Notes under the pieces: generated by a model
Databases searched by the model: none
Seen by the model: the letters and a program-made list of their open reading frames with translations, nothing else
Told to the model about the DNA's origin: nothing
Position numbers and translations under genes: made by a program
Shown here: one piece after another, positions 53,239 to 64,000 of the stretch
How the letters are laid out: every line of letters begins with the position of its first letter
How positions within the stretch are numbered: position 1 is the stretch's first letter
Origin: Savitreella phatthalungensis
Lineage: Eukaryota
NCBI GenBank assembly: GCA_051599415.1
Contig: AP039692.1
Span: 1 to 64,000 of the forward strand
DNA: 64,000 nucleotides
Reading direction: 5' to 3'

Positions 53239-53658
53239 ATGGCGGGCCAGAGCGCGATGCGCGATCCGCGTATCAGCTCGCGCTTCGTCGATTCTCAGCT
53301 CTCAAGCATGTGCGCGTCTCTACATATCGGGACAGCAGACTATAGCGCGAACACGGCCATGACCACGGCCTTGGACGACCTGTCTGGCAATTACAAGGCC
53401 TCGAAGGCCCCTATTGCGCCTGCTCTCCGTACGCGATCCATCGCTACAGACTCGACCACTGAGCGCGATACGCAGATGACCAATGAGGCACTACATACGT
53501 CGGCAACAGATTCCAGTCCGCAGCCATCTCGCATAGTTACCTGGGGCAAGCCTGAGCGTGCGCCGGATGCTTTGCACTTCACATTTGCGCTTGATCGGAA
53601 ACCGGAGGATCCGCAGAAGCTCATGGAGGTACACTTTGCGAATTTGACGATGCGCTAG
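53239..53658 (+). CDS. Hypothetical small protein; start and possible 3' splicing uncertain
   Basis: 139-codon ORF with TATAAA at ~53154. No family recognised. Confidence 0.4.
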   Translation: MAGQSAMRDPRISSRFVDSQLSSMCASLHIGTADYSANTAMTTALDDLSGNYKASKAPIAPALRTRSIATDSTTERDTQMTNEALHTSATDSSPQPSRIVTWGKPERAPDALHFTFALDRKPEDPQKLMEVHFANLTMR

Positions 53659-53857
53659 GCTCAGCACAAAGCGTGCCCATGTGCTTGTCGGTGAGCTGCA
53701 TAAGCTAGACTCTCCTGAGCATGTAGTCGAGCACCTGGAGAAGACTTGAGCTCGATCCATAGAATGAGCGAATGTACATATGTATATATACTACGTCGAC
53801 AATGATCATGATTATACACAGCTAGCTGATCGAACATTATACAAGAATTGGTACGGG

Positions 53858-54695
53858 ATGGTCCTTAGGCGTTGTGGACACCCAGTTCTGGCGTGTGCGC
53901 TGGATGCGCGAGGAGCCTGCTGTGCATGCGCTGATCAACGGCCAGAGCAGACGATCTACCAGATCTACATCGACGGCGTCGGCCTAGAGGCAGGCGTCCG
54001 ATCGAGCTTCTACTGTACCCTATGCCGACAAGGCCTGACGCACACGCCGGCAACCCCTCGTCTCGTTCATCTCGACGGGTCAGCTAACAGCGTCACGACC
54101 GATGCCCAACGGCGACATCAGGAACATCAACGCCGGACTCTTCAACGCGTCTTTGGAACTCGTGAAGATGTCGAGAGCGACACATACGAATCGCCGTTAG
54201 CGGCGATGTTCTCACGCGTGGACGAGTGGGCAAGGCGACAAGAGGAGTCCGAACCAGATCTGACGATTTTAACAAATAGACTGGAGAACTTGTCACAACG
54301 GCTGGCACGATTGGAGCTACACCACGAGGACGAAATCTACGCTGAAGAAGCATCGCCTGTGCCACTCGACTATAACATGGATATTGTGCACAAAGTGGCA
54401 GCCGAGCGTCCGCCGCCGCTGACAAGCGAATTGTTGCATCGATCACAGGAATGTCGTGTTTGCATGTGTCAACTAGCTGACACGCTTTTGCTGCCCTGTG
54501 CACACCTAGGGCTTTGTCAATGGTGTGCGAGAGCATGCCTGTCTCTGCGTTCGACACATCAACGTCATGATGCTTGTCCATTTTGTCGAAAGATTGGTAA
54601 GTCAGAACCCGGCGGGACAGACCATGAAAGGCTAGGCCACTTCGCTGACAAACTCTGCCCCAGTTTCGAGAACGGTTCGCGTATACCGTCCTTAA
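53858..54695 (+). CDS. C-terminal C3HC4 RING protein with N-terminal Cys-rich motif; exons 53858-54596, 54664-54695
   Basis: RING CRVC...PCAHLGLCQWC...CPFCR. Removing the intron GTAAGT..GCTGAC..CAG (54597-54663) gives the typical ending CPFCRKIVSRTVRVYRP*. N-terminus has CCAC..YIDG.G..YCTLC. Confidence 0.85.
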
Positions 54696-54920
54696 TATTC
54701 GGACATTTTAGCCGACAGCCCACCCGCAATTTATCTTCACTGGCCGGAGCAAGCAGCCAATCAAGCACAGCCAACGATGAAATTGATTGATAATGAATGA
54801 TGGCGACATCGCCAGAGCACATGATCGATGGCTACGCGGTTTTCATCGACGTCCAGCATATTTGAGGTTCGTCGACACTTCGGAGACAAAGATATCCATT
54901 ATCATACGTTCCAATTCAGC

Positions 54921-55982
54921 ATGTCTCACTCCGCGGTTGTCTATCCATCATTGAAGGGTCGGTTTGTCGTTCAGCAGGTCGAAACGCCGATCCCCGAGAC
55001 AGATGAAGTGCTCATCAAGGTCACTCATGCCGCGCTTAATCCGGTAGACTACAAAATTCAGAGAGTCGGTCGCTTCTTTGACACGTTTCCACGCGTTCTC
55101 GGACTCGATGCTGCAGGTATCGTCGTTAAGGTCGGCGATGGGATTTCTGACTTCAAAGTCGGCGACAAGGTCGCCGGGATGACAAAATTGTTCCCTCAGC
55201 CAGCCGCAACCACGAAAGTGGGTGCTTTCCAGGAATACACCATTCTGAATAAGCCGACCATGTTCAAAGTCGAAGGCGCTGTAAATCTCGAGCAGGCAGC
55301 ATCGGTGCCACTGGCTTTGGCTACAGCAGTTGATGGTCTCGATCTTCTCGGACTGGACCTGATGGCCCTTTCCTCCAAGCCAGCTTCGAAGAAGGCAGAA
55401 AGACTGCTGGTCTACGGAGGTGCTGCGTCCATCGGACAGTTGACTGTTCAGATTGCTCACTTCCTCGGATATCATGTCGTCGTTGTCGCGAGTGCAAAGC
55501 AGCATAGCTTCTTACGTTCTCTCGGGGCAGACTCACTGATAGACTACAAGGACCCCGATCTAGCAGACCAACTGGAAGCAGCCTTTTCAAAGGATGGACT
55601 ACCTTTCGTCTATGACGCCATTGCTGACGGTAAGACGATTCCCGTCATCCACGACCTCTTAGCCAAGGTCAATCCACCGCACAACGTGGTCGCAAAATCA
55701 GTGTTTGCCTCGATGACGCCAGACCTCCTTGGTATCGAATTTGATCCGAAGGTACACGGTTCAGCGACTCGCTTGTTTGCCGGCACACTGCTCGAACAAA
55801 AGCAGACACTCGGGGCGAAGGTATTCACCTGGGTCGGCGAGGGATTAGCTCAAGGCTATTTGCGGCCGAACCCGATACACATCGTTTCCACTGGTCTCGA
55901 GACTGTCCAAGATCAGGTGGATCGATATGCCGAGCAGCCAGCGTCGGGTGCCAAGAATGTCATTGCTATCGCACAGGAATGA
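54921..55982 (+). CDS. Zinc-independent MDR oxidoreductase (enoyl-reductase/ToxD-like)
   Basis: EVLIKV..AALNPVDYK, VLGLDAAG.V, GAFQEY, LVYGGAASIG and LGAD..IDYKD. Confidence 0.92.
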   Translation: MSHSAVVYPSLKGRFVVQQVETPIPETDEVLIKVTHAALNPVDYKIQRVGRFFDTFPRVLGLDAAGIVVKVGDGISDFKVGDKVAGMTKLFPQPAATTKVGAFQEYTILNKPTMFKVEGAVNLEQAASVPLALATAVDGLDLLGLDLMALSSKPASKKAERLLVYGGAASIGQLTVQIAHFLGYHVVVVASAKQHSFLRSLGADSLIDYKDPDLADQLEAAFSKDGLPFVYDAIADGKTIPVIHDLLAKVNPPHNVVAKSVFASMTPDLLGIEFDPKVHGSATRLFAGTLLEQKQTLGAKVFTWVGEGLAQGYLRPNPIHIVSTGLETVQDQVDRYAEQPASGAKNVIAIAQE

Positions 55983-56807
55983 CGAAAGATCAGGCCGCCA
56001 TAAAAACCCTCGACGATGACGAAATATGAGAATCGACACTTATCCAGGTCGAGTTTGTCTACAAAGCAAATGTCGTCACTTGGCGAAGTGGACCTAGTCA
56101 CCCTCGTGCCGGTACATACGAGTACATCTATGTAATCCGTTCTCTCGTGATACGTGGGCATGGAAATTCCTACTGCTGGAGGGCGGAACTCTCGCAGTAT
56201 CGACGACTTTGACCATGATTGCCACTGATTGCAAGCATGCTGGCAGACCAATTCAATTAGTATGCCCATATGGAAAGCCGTTGCAGTGCTCTGATCAACG
56301 TCCTGTACTTGCACTGTCTGTGCGTCCAGAGGTACGAGCAATCAATGATCGGTCAAGGCTTATTGGGCCAGTTATTATCGTTTAATTACTTCTCCATATT
56401 TCAAGTAAATATCTGACTCAAGTTAGATAGACAGAAATCTATGTCACTCTGATCCTATACAGTATATGTTGATATGAGTAGCCAGAACAATGCGCACGAA
56501 GTACGTTGATCGCAAGTCTTACACATTTGCAGGTTTCCGAACTTTTAGTTTGTGCATGCAGCGATCCACACCTTCCCCGAATCGGTCATCCCATTCTCCA
56601 CTTGCCTTTGTCTCGGCGACTTGAACACACACGGTTGCGTGACACTGCCAGAAAGCTTAACACAAAAGCTTGGTATCGCGCTACTACTCTGTGATGACAG
56701 TGTAGTTTACACAGTGAGACTGAGATAGGATTTCTTCACGAAGATCGTCGCGGCCGCCGCGCATTCGATAGCCAATCTCCTGGAGTTCGTGATCCAAGCT
56801 CTCAGCC

Positions 56808-58724
56808 ATGGCATCTCCGAGATTGGCAGATCATGCGGCCTCTACTGTGATCGACAGCGAAGTGGACTTGTCCGATGAGACGACGCGACGTCCGAATTCA
56901 CGTTTTCGCTATACGATCGTGAAAACACTTGGCGAGGGCTCATTCGGCAAGGTCAAGCTCGCAGAGCATCTTGTGACGAAACAGCGCGTGGCGCTCAAAA
57001 TTATCTCCCGCAAGACTCTTCAGAACAACGACATGGCATATCGAGTTGAGCGAGAGATCCAGTATCTCAAGCTGTTGAGACATCCTCATATAATCAAACT
57101 GTATGAGGTGGTCACCACGCCAACTGATATCATCATGGTGATTGAGTACGCAAAGAATGAACTCTTCGATTACATCGTCAAGCGCGGCAAGATGGGAGAG
57201 TCCGAGGCAAGGCGTTTCTTCCAGCAAATCATCTGCGCGGTCGAGTACTGTCATCGCCACAAAATAGTCCATCGCGACCTGAAGCCTGAGAATCTCTTGC
57301 TTGACGACAAATTCAACGTCAAGATCGCTGACTTTGGTCTCAGTAATCTGATGACGGACGGAAATTTCCTCAAAACAAGTTGCGGCTCTCCCAACTATGC
57401 CGCTCCAGAGGTCATCTCGGGCAAGCTATACGCTGGACCGGAGGTTGACGTGTGGTCTTGTGGAGTCATTCTGTACGTGATGCTCTGTGGTAGGCTGCCA
57501 TTCGACGATGAGTTCATCCCGACTCTGTTCAAGAAGATCAATGGCGGAATTTACACATTGCCGAGCTACTTGTCGCCGGGAGCACGATCGCTCCTGCAAA
57601 GGATGCTGGTTGTAAATCCGATGCAGCGCATCACCATCGACGACATTCGACAGCATGCGTGGTTCAAGGAGGGCCTGCCCGAATACCTTCAGCCCGTTCA
57701 GGAATCTGAATTCGAGAGACTAGACGAAAGCATCGTTGGCGAACTTGGCAAAGCTATGGGCTATGATGCCCAGGATATAAAAGAAGCACTATTGAGAGAC
57801 GATGTCAGTGAGATCAAGGAGGCGTACAAGATCATCGCAGAAAATCACATGATGCGTGAGGATTCCGCCAGGACGAAGGCAACAGAGATGGAGTCCTTCC
57901 TTGCTCAAAGTCCCCCGGCATGGGCAGCAAGTACGATGAAATCTCCGTCATCCCTGCGGCATAGTCTGACATCGCCCGTCGCGGCAGCAATCGCAGCATC
58001 TGGTTCGTCGGCAATGATGACAATGACGCCGCCGGAGATGCGTCAAATGACGCCGATTGATCATCCCGCGCAAGGCGTCAAGTCCTCGATCATGCTGCTT
58101 CCTTCCTCCTTACCCATATATCACAAGGCTCTGATGCAGCCATCCGACATTCAATCGACGAGTATCTCGGAAGAGCCCGTTCTCGCTGGAACGAATATCT
58201 CAGCAACACCAACTGCGAACGCGCCTGCAAGTGCCGCCGGAGCTCCGTCGATGGCCCCGAAAAAGCCACGCCCTCAAAGATGGCATTTTGGAATACGTTC
58301 CCGCTCATCTCCGATCGAGGTCGTGCTCGAAATTTACAAGGCTCTCGAACAAATGGGCGCCGAGTGGCTTGACCACGGAACCTGTGGACCTGCTGAAGGC
58401 GAGACGGAAGGCGAACCAAAAGATCCCTTCATGATCAATGCGAAGTGGCTAAAGATGCTCGATGACTGCCGAGGCATCATCGTTTACCTCGACGTGCAAC
58501 TCTATCAGCTGGAACAAAACAATTTCCTCGTCGATTTCAAATGCTCGGGCTATGAGAAGGTTCACTTGCAACGGGCCGAGGAAGCTTCAAACGATAATCA
58601 TCTTTCTACAGAGATGTCAAAACTCGTGGTCGATACACCGAAGAAGGCTGCAGCTGACAAAGAGGTCACTTCGGCGTTTCCCTTCCTCGACGTGGCTTCC
58701 AAACTGATCATGTCGCTGATGTGA
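56808..58724 (+). CDS. SNF1: AMPK catalytic subunit Snf1/Ssp2
   Basis: GEGSFGKVK, DFGLSNLMTDGNFLKTSCGSPNYAAPEVISGKLYAGPEVD, UBA region, WHFGIRSRS and QLYQLE..NFLVDFK. Confidence 0.98.
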   Translation: MASPRLADHAASTVIDSEVDLSDETTRRPNSRFRYTIVKTLGEGSFGKVKLAEHLVTKQRVALKIISRKTLQNNDMAYRVEREIQYLKLLRHPHIIKLYEVVTTPTDIIMVIEYAKNELFDYIVKRGKMGESEARRFFQQIICAVEYCHRHKIVHRDLKPENLLLDDKFNVKIADFGLSNLMTDGNFLKTSCGSPNYAAPEVISGKLYAGPEVDVWSCGVILYVMLCGRLPFDDEFIPTLFKKINGGIYTLPSYLSPGARSLLQRMLVVNPMQRITIDDIRQHAWFKEGLPEYLQPVQESEFERLDESIVGELGKAMGYDAQDIKEALLRDDVSEIKEAYKIIAENHMMREDSARTKATEMESFLAQSPPAWAASTMKSPSSLRHSLTSPVAAAIAASGSSAMMTMTPPEMRQMTPIDHPAQGVKSSIMLLPSSLPIYHKALMQPSDIQSTSISEEPVLAGTNISATPTANAPASAAGAPSMAPKKPRPQRWHFGIRSRSSPIEVVLEIYKALEQMGAEWLDHGTCGPAEGETEGEPKDPFMINAKWLKMLDDCRGIIVYLDVQLYQLEQNNFLVDFKCSGYEKVHLQRAEEASNDNHLSTEMSKLVVDTPKKAAADKEVTSAFPFLDVASKLIMSLM

Positions 58725-61069
58725 TTGCTCAACAACCATCACATAGAGTTTTAGAGGACCAGCCTGGGGCAGTCTCAATTTGACCATGGCAACATCTCGT
58801 ACTTTAGAATATAGGCCAGTAGCCTGAAATGCACGACTTACGCTCAGGAGAAATTATCTCGTTGAAAAGGTTCTAAGCAAGCGAGCGAAATTGAGCTGTT
58901 CTGCTGCGTGCATATGAGAAAAACTTTCAGCAGCTGGCGTTTCGTTGTTTCCAGGTCCAAGCTTTGTGTTCCTCAATGCTCTCCGACAGAAGAACCAAGA
59001 GACAACTTACATGGCTAGTGAGGGCACCACGATGAAAAGCTTCATCGGAGATCGATTGATCTGCTTCGAGCTGTGCACCTTGTCACCGGACGGTCAAGGC
59101 ATTTGGACAGAGGCACATCTCGACCATCAACAGAATCTGCTGCTGGTCGAGATTTGACTTTGGCAATCGCGTCAAACCAGGGAGCATGATTATGATGAGC
59201 TTAGTGTGTTTATCTGGCACCTCTGTATGCTTAATCCCTCATTGCTGATCTGGCGACAAGTTTGGCTAACTCATCTACAGTATATCAGACCGGGTCGTCA
59301 CACGATTTCTGGTCTTTGAATGGTCCATACCCGTTCTGAACTCTGCTCCAAACCCGGCACACGCGTAAGCATTGCTCCTGTCATCCATGTATTCCTTACC
59401 CTGTGCTTGCAAAGCTTGACTCTGCATCGACAGGCTAAAGACAGCGTGCTCGACAGCATATTGCCGTTTAAATGGTAAGTCCCGTCCACAGTTCTCCCGT
59501 TGGCGTCTTCGGACGCTGCTCAGGGTGCCAAGTCTGCCGAGTCGGCTGTGGTCTTCCCGAGATTGATTACACCTCATGATTACTGCAAGGTACCAGAAAC
59601 TGCCTATCTGGCACGCATGTCGAAGCAATTCAAAATTGTTCCTTATGACCAGGTGTACCCTCAATCGAGAGAGCAGCCGTCTTGGCAGGCGCGAAATGGT
59701 TCAGCCATGTGGCGAGCTTTCATTGCGTCGAGAGCAACGCTTCCTTGAGCACGAGAGAACGACACCGCCATTCTGATGAGCACTATCTGCAATATTGGCG
59801 ACGTCGAAGATCTTCATTGAGCTTCGCTCGTGGGTCACTCATACACACATACATTTAAGTCTCTGAGTCGGATTCTTCTCACGGGCTAAGGCTGCGATGC
59901 TCTCAGCGCTTTGTACTACGGCACGATTTTTGGACTGATAGTCAAGCACTTGTGATTGCGGCACTGCACCTCGAGCCACGTCGCTCTGAATGTGAAACAC
60001 AGCGAGAGTGCTCGAATTCCCTGTCCCCGGCAGAGATGATGCGCACCTAGCTATTTACACTTCATACTGCATGGATCTACCTGAATCGATCTTGAGCAAT
60101 TCCAGATCAGTGACGCTCTTGCACACAACATCGCTTCGCTAAAGAACAGCTGATGAGGTGTAAAGCGGAGATGAAGCTCGTGCGAGAATGAAGGTCATTC
60201 GTACGGGAGAAGGATCTTCCTGGAAAGCTATGGGTAAGACGCTGCTGCTGCTGCCGGTGCGGCGATTAAATGCATCCGTCGATGTAATTTGATTTGTTCT
60301 GAACACGTGTTATAAATTCAGTCTGAAGTCCGGTTGACTGTATATGGCATATGTTGAATACAGCTTAGCTCAATTTAGGTTGTTTGTATGAATTAAACTT
60401 CAAACCGCTTTCCTACCTTGGTCAACTTAGAATCCTGATTGAGCGGTCAAATTTGGACGAAATTTACTTCATGCATCTTGCTTTCTGATCTTGCTCTCTA
60501 AACATAAAATTTAGAATATTGTGCATTGTGCATTGTGCAATATATTCATCTTTAGCTTAGATTTCATTTGGACATTCTACATGCATGCGCATGTATTGGT
60601 GAGCCGACATCGATCTACGTACTTTCATAGGCGTCCGCGGTGAAGTGATTCAGATATGGGATCCAAATGATGTATGTGGACGTTCCGCATGCAGTCATTC
60701 CTCCATAAAGTTCGAAACATCGCCAGCACCACATAGTTCCGATCGATCAAAGGACCGCGCTACGCAGTTCTCTGCAGGGTACTGCAGAAGTCCTCCTCTT
60801 CGGTGCGAGAGAAATCTACAGATCATTTGGTCGCTCATCCCCGCATTGTCTTCCTGCAATTGAGCACAAAGTCCTCCGAATTCCACCAATCCTGTCATTC
60901 GCCCTCTCGGCTGATCCCGTGAACTGACATATCGCGGCTTTGGCGTTTCTGCTGGCTCACGGAGCACCAACATTTCGTGCCCCATCGCGCTGCTCGCTCA
61001 CTCAGGTCTGAGTCCACAGGGCTCACAGGGTCATATATCCTACCTAGACCCCTCAAAGACAAGCCTGTC

Positions 61070-62635
61070 ATGGACATGCAGCAACAAGGCCGTCGGGCTT
61101 TCACAGTCCATGGCCAACCTTTCATCATTCAGGACAACTTTGACGTCACTAAAGAACTCGGTCAAGGTGCATACGGTCTCGTAGTCGCTGCACGAAATAT
61201 CGCTGGCGACGGTAGCGAGACTGTAGCGATCAAAAAGGTTACCAATGTCTTCAGCAAGCGCATCCTGGCGAAGCGTGCTTTGAGAGAAGTCAAGCTTCTT
61301 CAGCACTTCCGAGACCATAAGAATATCACTTGTCTATATGATATGGACATTGTGGATCCGGTGCAGGGCTACAACGAGCTGTACTTGTACGAGGAGCTGA
61401 TGGAAGCAGATCTACACGCCATCATTCGTTCCGGACAGCCGCTCACGGATGCACATTACCAAAGCTTTACCTACCAGATCCTCTGCGGACTGAAATACAT
61501 CCATTCCGCCAACGTCTTACACCGAGACCTAAAGCCCGGAAATCTCGTCGTCAATGCGGATTGTGAATTGAAGATTTGTGATTTCGGACTCGCCAGAGGC
61601 TATTCAGATGAACCGGAGCAGAATGCTGGCTTCATGACAGAGTATGTTGCCACGCGCTGGTACAGGGCTCCAGAAATCATGCTATCATTCCAGAGCTACT
61701 CCAAAGCGATTGATCTGTGGAGCGTGGGCTGCATCTTAGCCGAGCTCCTCGGCGGCAGGCCGTTTTTCAAAGGGAAGGATTATGTCGATCAGCTCAATCA
61801 GATTATGCACGTTCTCGGCACTCCAGAGGAGCAGACTATTTCACGCATCGGTTCTCGTCGGGCGCAAGATTACGTTCGCTCATTGCCACCAAAGGCGCGT
61901 ATACCTTTCGAAACAATCTTCCCGCAGGCCAACCCGCAAGCGCTTGATCTACTGGACAAGTTGCTCAAGTTTGATCCTGCGGACCGGATCGACGTGCACG
62001 GGGCGCTCAACCATCCATACCTGGCAGTCTGGCACGACCCTGCAGAAGAACCCGATTGCCCATCGACGTTCGACTTTGGCTTTGAGCATATAGATGACTT
62101 GGGAGCTATGCGTCAAATGATATGGGACGAGGTGGTCGATTTCCGCGCTTTGGTCAGGAATCTGCCACTTCCGTCGTTGCAGCAGCAGCAGCATCAGCAT
62201 CAGACATTGGCGCCAGCCGTGCCTTCGTCACAGCTACCACGACCACAAACTGCAGGAGGAGCCTTCGCCGGCAGTACAGGATCTGCTCCAGACTTTGGCA
62301 GCTCGATATCTGCTCCAAGCTCTGTGGCGGAACCGCCACAAACATACAACCCGTATCGACAGCAGCAACAGTGCAGCGCGATGCATAGTACTGGATACGC
62401 AGGTAATGCGAGCCAGCCAGGCTCTGCAAGTAGGGGCCCCCGATCGCAGCTGACCCGTGGAGTGGAGGCGTCGGTTGGCCGGCACAGCAGCATCGGCAAC
62501 GGTGCAGAAGAGGATCAACCCATTCCCATGTCCGCGGACGAGGCAGCCGACATGCTAGCATCTCATTCGCACGAGGATGATCTGGAGGCTGTTCTGGCTG
62601 GAGGCATGGATGCCCGCCGCGTTCGCGGAGCATAG
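61070..62635 (+). CDS. SLT2: Cell-wall-integrity MAP kinase (Slt2/Pmk1/MpkA)
   Basis: [44 protein letters not shown] (TEY) and a Q/S-rich C-terminal tail. Confidence 0.96.
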   Translation: MDMQQQGRRAFTVHGQPFIIQDNFDVTKELGQGAYGLVVAARNIAGDGSETVAIKKVTNVFSKRILAKRALREVKLLQHFRDHKNITCLYDMDIVDPVQGYNELYLYEELMEADLHAIIRSGQPLTDAHYQSFTYQILCGLKYIHSANVLHRDLKPGNLVVNADCELKICDFGLARGYSDEPEQNAGFMTEYVATRWYRAPEIMLSFQSYSKAIDLWSVGCILAELLGGRPFFKGKDYVDQLNQIMHVLGTPEEQTISRIGSRRAQDYVRSLPPKARIPFETIFPQANPQALDLLDKLLKFDPADRIDVHGALNHPYLAVWHDPAEEPDCPSTFDFGFEHIDDLGAMRQMIWDEVVDFRALVRNLPLPSLQQQQHQHQTLAPAVPSSQLPRPQTAGGAFAGSTGSAPDFGSSISAPSSVAEPPQTYNPYRQQQQCSAMHSTGYAGNASQPGSASRGPRSQLTRGVEASVGRHSSIGNGAEEDQPIPMSADEAADMLASHSHEDDLEAVLAGGMDARRVRGA

Positions 62636-62683
62636 TTCGACAGGTCTCGGACCAAGACCTGATGATAGGATAGACGTATTTAA

Positions 62684-63253
62684 TCAACGCCTGGCCCGTA
62701 CCGTGCCAGGTTGCCACGGTTCAGGTGTCCAGTCTCCCTTTTCATCCTTGGTGCCGGGAGGTTGCAACCGTCCACCGGCCTCTTCTTCCACCGTGGACGT
62801 CTCCAGCTGCGTCGGGGTCTTCCTATCGGCCTCAGCCTGCGTGCTTGTTTCCCGAGCAGGCTGATCAAGCTGTTTCGCAGCTGGTTGACTCTCAAGCGCG
62901 ATCAGTCGATCGCGCTCCGCTTCCCACTTGTCACTGAGCTCTTGTGCGCGTACCCGAGCGTGTTGAATGCGCGCTACTTCAGCTAAGAGCTCTTCTTCGG
63001 TTGGAGCTTTGTCACGCGTGTAGCGCAACCAGCCCATGAAGCCTGGTGTGACAGCATTGTCCGTGTATCCACCATCGTTGACGTACTTCACAGTCCGACG
63101 CATACGTGACGGGGTCAGCGGATTGTACGACTCCCAATAGGTATTGCCTTCCAGATCATAACCCCTGAAAAAGCGACGCCGCCAGGGTAAGTTCCATGAT
63201 CTGTAAGCGTAGTAAGCACGCGCAACTAATCCTGGCGTGTATGCCTGCTTCAT
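62684..63253 (-). CDS. NDUFA12/NDUFAF2-family complex I assembly factor-like protein
   Basis: PWRRRFF.GYDL.GNTYWE, RR.VKY, WLRYTR..APT.EEL and terminal W.PEPW.P. Confidence 0.85.
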   Translation of the reverse strand: MKQAYTPGLVARAYYAYRSWNLPWRRRFFRGYDLEGNTYWESYNPLTPSRMRRTVKYVNDGGYTDNAVTPGFMGWLRYTRDKAPTEEELLAEVARIQHARVRAQELSDKWEAERDRLIALESQPAAKQLDQPARETSTQAEADRKTPTQLETSTVEEEAGGRLQPPGTKDEKGDWTPEPWQPGTVRARR

Positions 63254-63477
63254 CGAAGTATCGAGTCGTGACGTACGTGCACTACTCGGTTCGACCTTAA
63301 TTTATTTCACGCTGACAGAAATTTGACGAATCATGTGTAGCAGTTGACGAGTGCATGCAGCGAGAGTTCATTCGTACATGGAAAGGGCAGTTCGTACGTA
63401 TGAAATGTGGACTAGATTAAAAGCTTCAGCGTGCCGCAGGAAGAGGAGGACGACGAGGAGAACTTGCCAGCCCATGC

Positions 63478-64000
63478 TTATGATGCACTTTGCTGTGCTC
63501 TTGCTGCCTGAGCGATAGTGGCCATACGTTGTGCAAGATCCGGGTATTTGCGTTCCAGCTCGAGCTGTGTGCGAGTGGCCTCAGCATACGACAGAGCATT
63601 GACAATCTCGGGCTCAGTTCGTGCGACCTGAGCGGATTTCTCGAAGTACTGCAAAGCGTCCCGAGCCTTGCCTTGTGTTAGGAGGAATTGCGAAAGGGTT
63701 GCGAGCGCAACGTCGCTCTCGTCGTCCAACATCAAGGCACGTCTGCACAGCTCTTCCGCCTGAGCGATATCTTTCTTCCATTGGAAGACCGCCAGGGCTT
63801 TATTGATGAGCGGCATGACATTCTGTTGCCGCAGATTGTCTGCAAGTGAAGCTGTGGACATTGATGCTGATAGCGAATCGGAAGTATTGGTTTGAGTTCC
63901 GCCGCGCTCAAGCGCGATTGCTTGGTCGAACTTGTCAATGGCCTCTTCAAACTTGCCCTGGTCGAGCAACAACTCTCCGTAGTAGTTGAACACTTCTGCG
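63478..64000 (-). CDS. TOM70: Mitochondrial import receptor Tom70, C-terminal part (runs off the window)
   Basis: TPRs [35 protein letters not shown] and [11 protein letters not shown]. Confidence 0.93.
   Translation of the reverse strand, partial: AEVFNYYGELLLDQGKFEEAIDKFDQAIALERGGTQTNTSDSLSASMSTASLADNLRQQNVMPLINKALAVFQWKKDIAQAEELCRRALMLDDESDVALATLSQFLLTQGKARDALQYFEKSAQVARTEPEIVNALSYAEATRTQLELERKYPDLAQRMATIAQAARAQQSAS

Overview
This window is the left end of a chromosome from a compact, intron-poor ascomycete fungus. A Taphrinomycotina-like yeast is my inference from TTAGGG telomeres, ~50-80 nt introns, a complex I factor and Nrd1/Itc1/Atg33 homologs. Bases 1-60 are an untrimmed Oxford Nanopore adapter plus native barcode. 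Next come ~15 TAACCC repeats, 8 TGACCC variant repeats and a ~2 kb subtelomere whose repeats show CpG-specific decay (CG>TG/CA). From ~2.5 kb onward about 30 tightly packed genes follow: GGT, a short Med1, AsnRS, Nrd1-like RRM protein, eIF2-beta, DUF4385, mL58, Dhr2, HAD, Pds5, nitronate monooxygenase, Alg11, Itc1, midasin, Pol4, Cdc42, Nop10, Snf5, Gln1, Pho80-type cyclin, GAPDH, Atg33, RING protein, MDR reductase, Snf1, Slt2-type MAPK, NDUFAF2-like and partial Tom70. There is also an intron-containing tRNA-Pro(UGG). Main highlights: (1) GAPDH has a terminal intron ending in CAG|TAG, where the stop codon is itself an alternative splice acceptor that would give a peroxisomal -SKSKL isoform; (2) only 25 nt separate CDC42 from POL4, bridged by a mini-ORF with UAAUG and AUGA stop/start overlaps; (3) a CpG-directed mutation signature is confined to the subtelomere; (4) every intron found in a recognised gene lies at the extreme start or end of the CDS; (5) a GATCGATC palindrome recurs in promoters.
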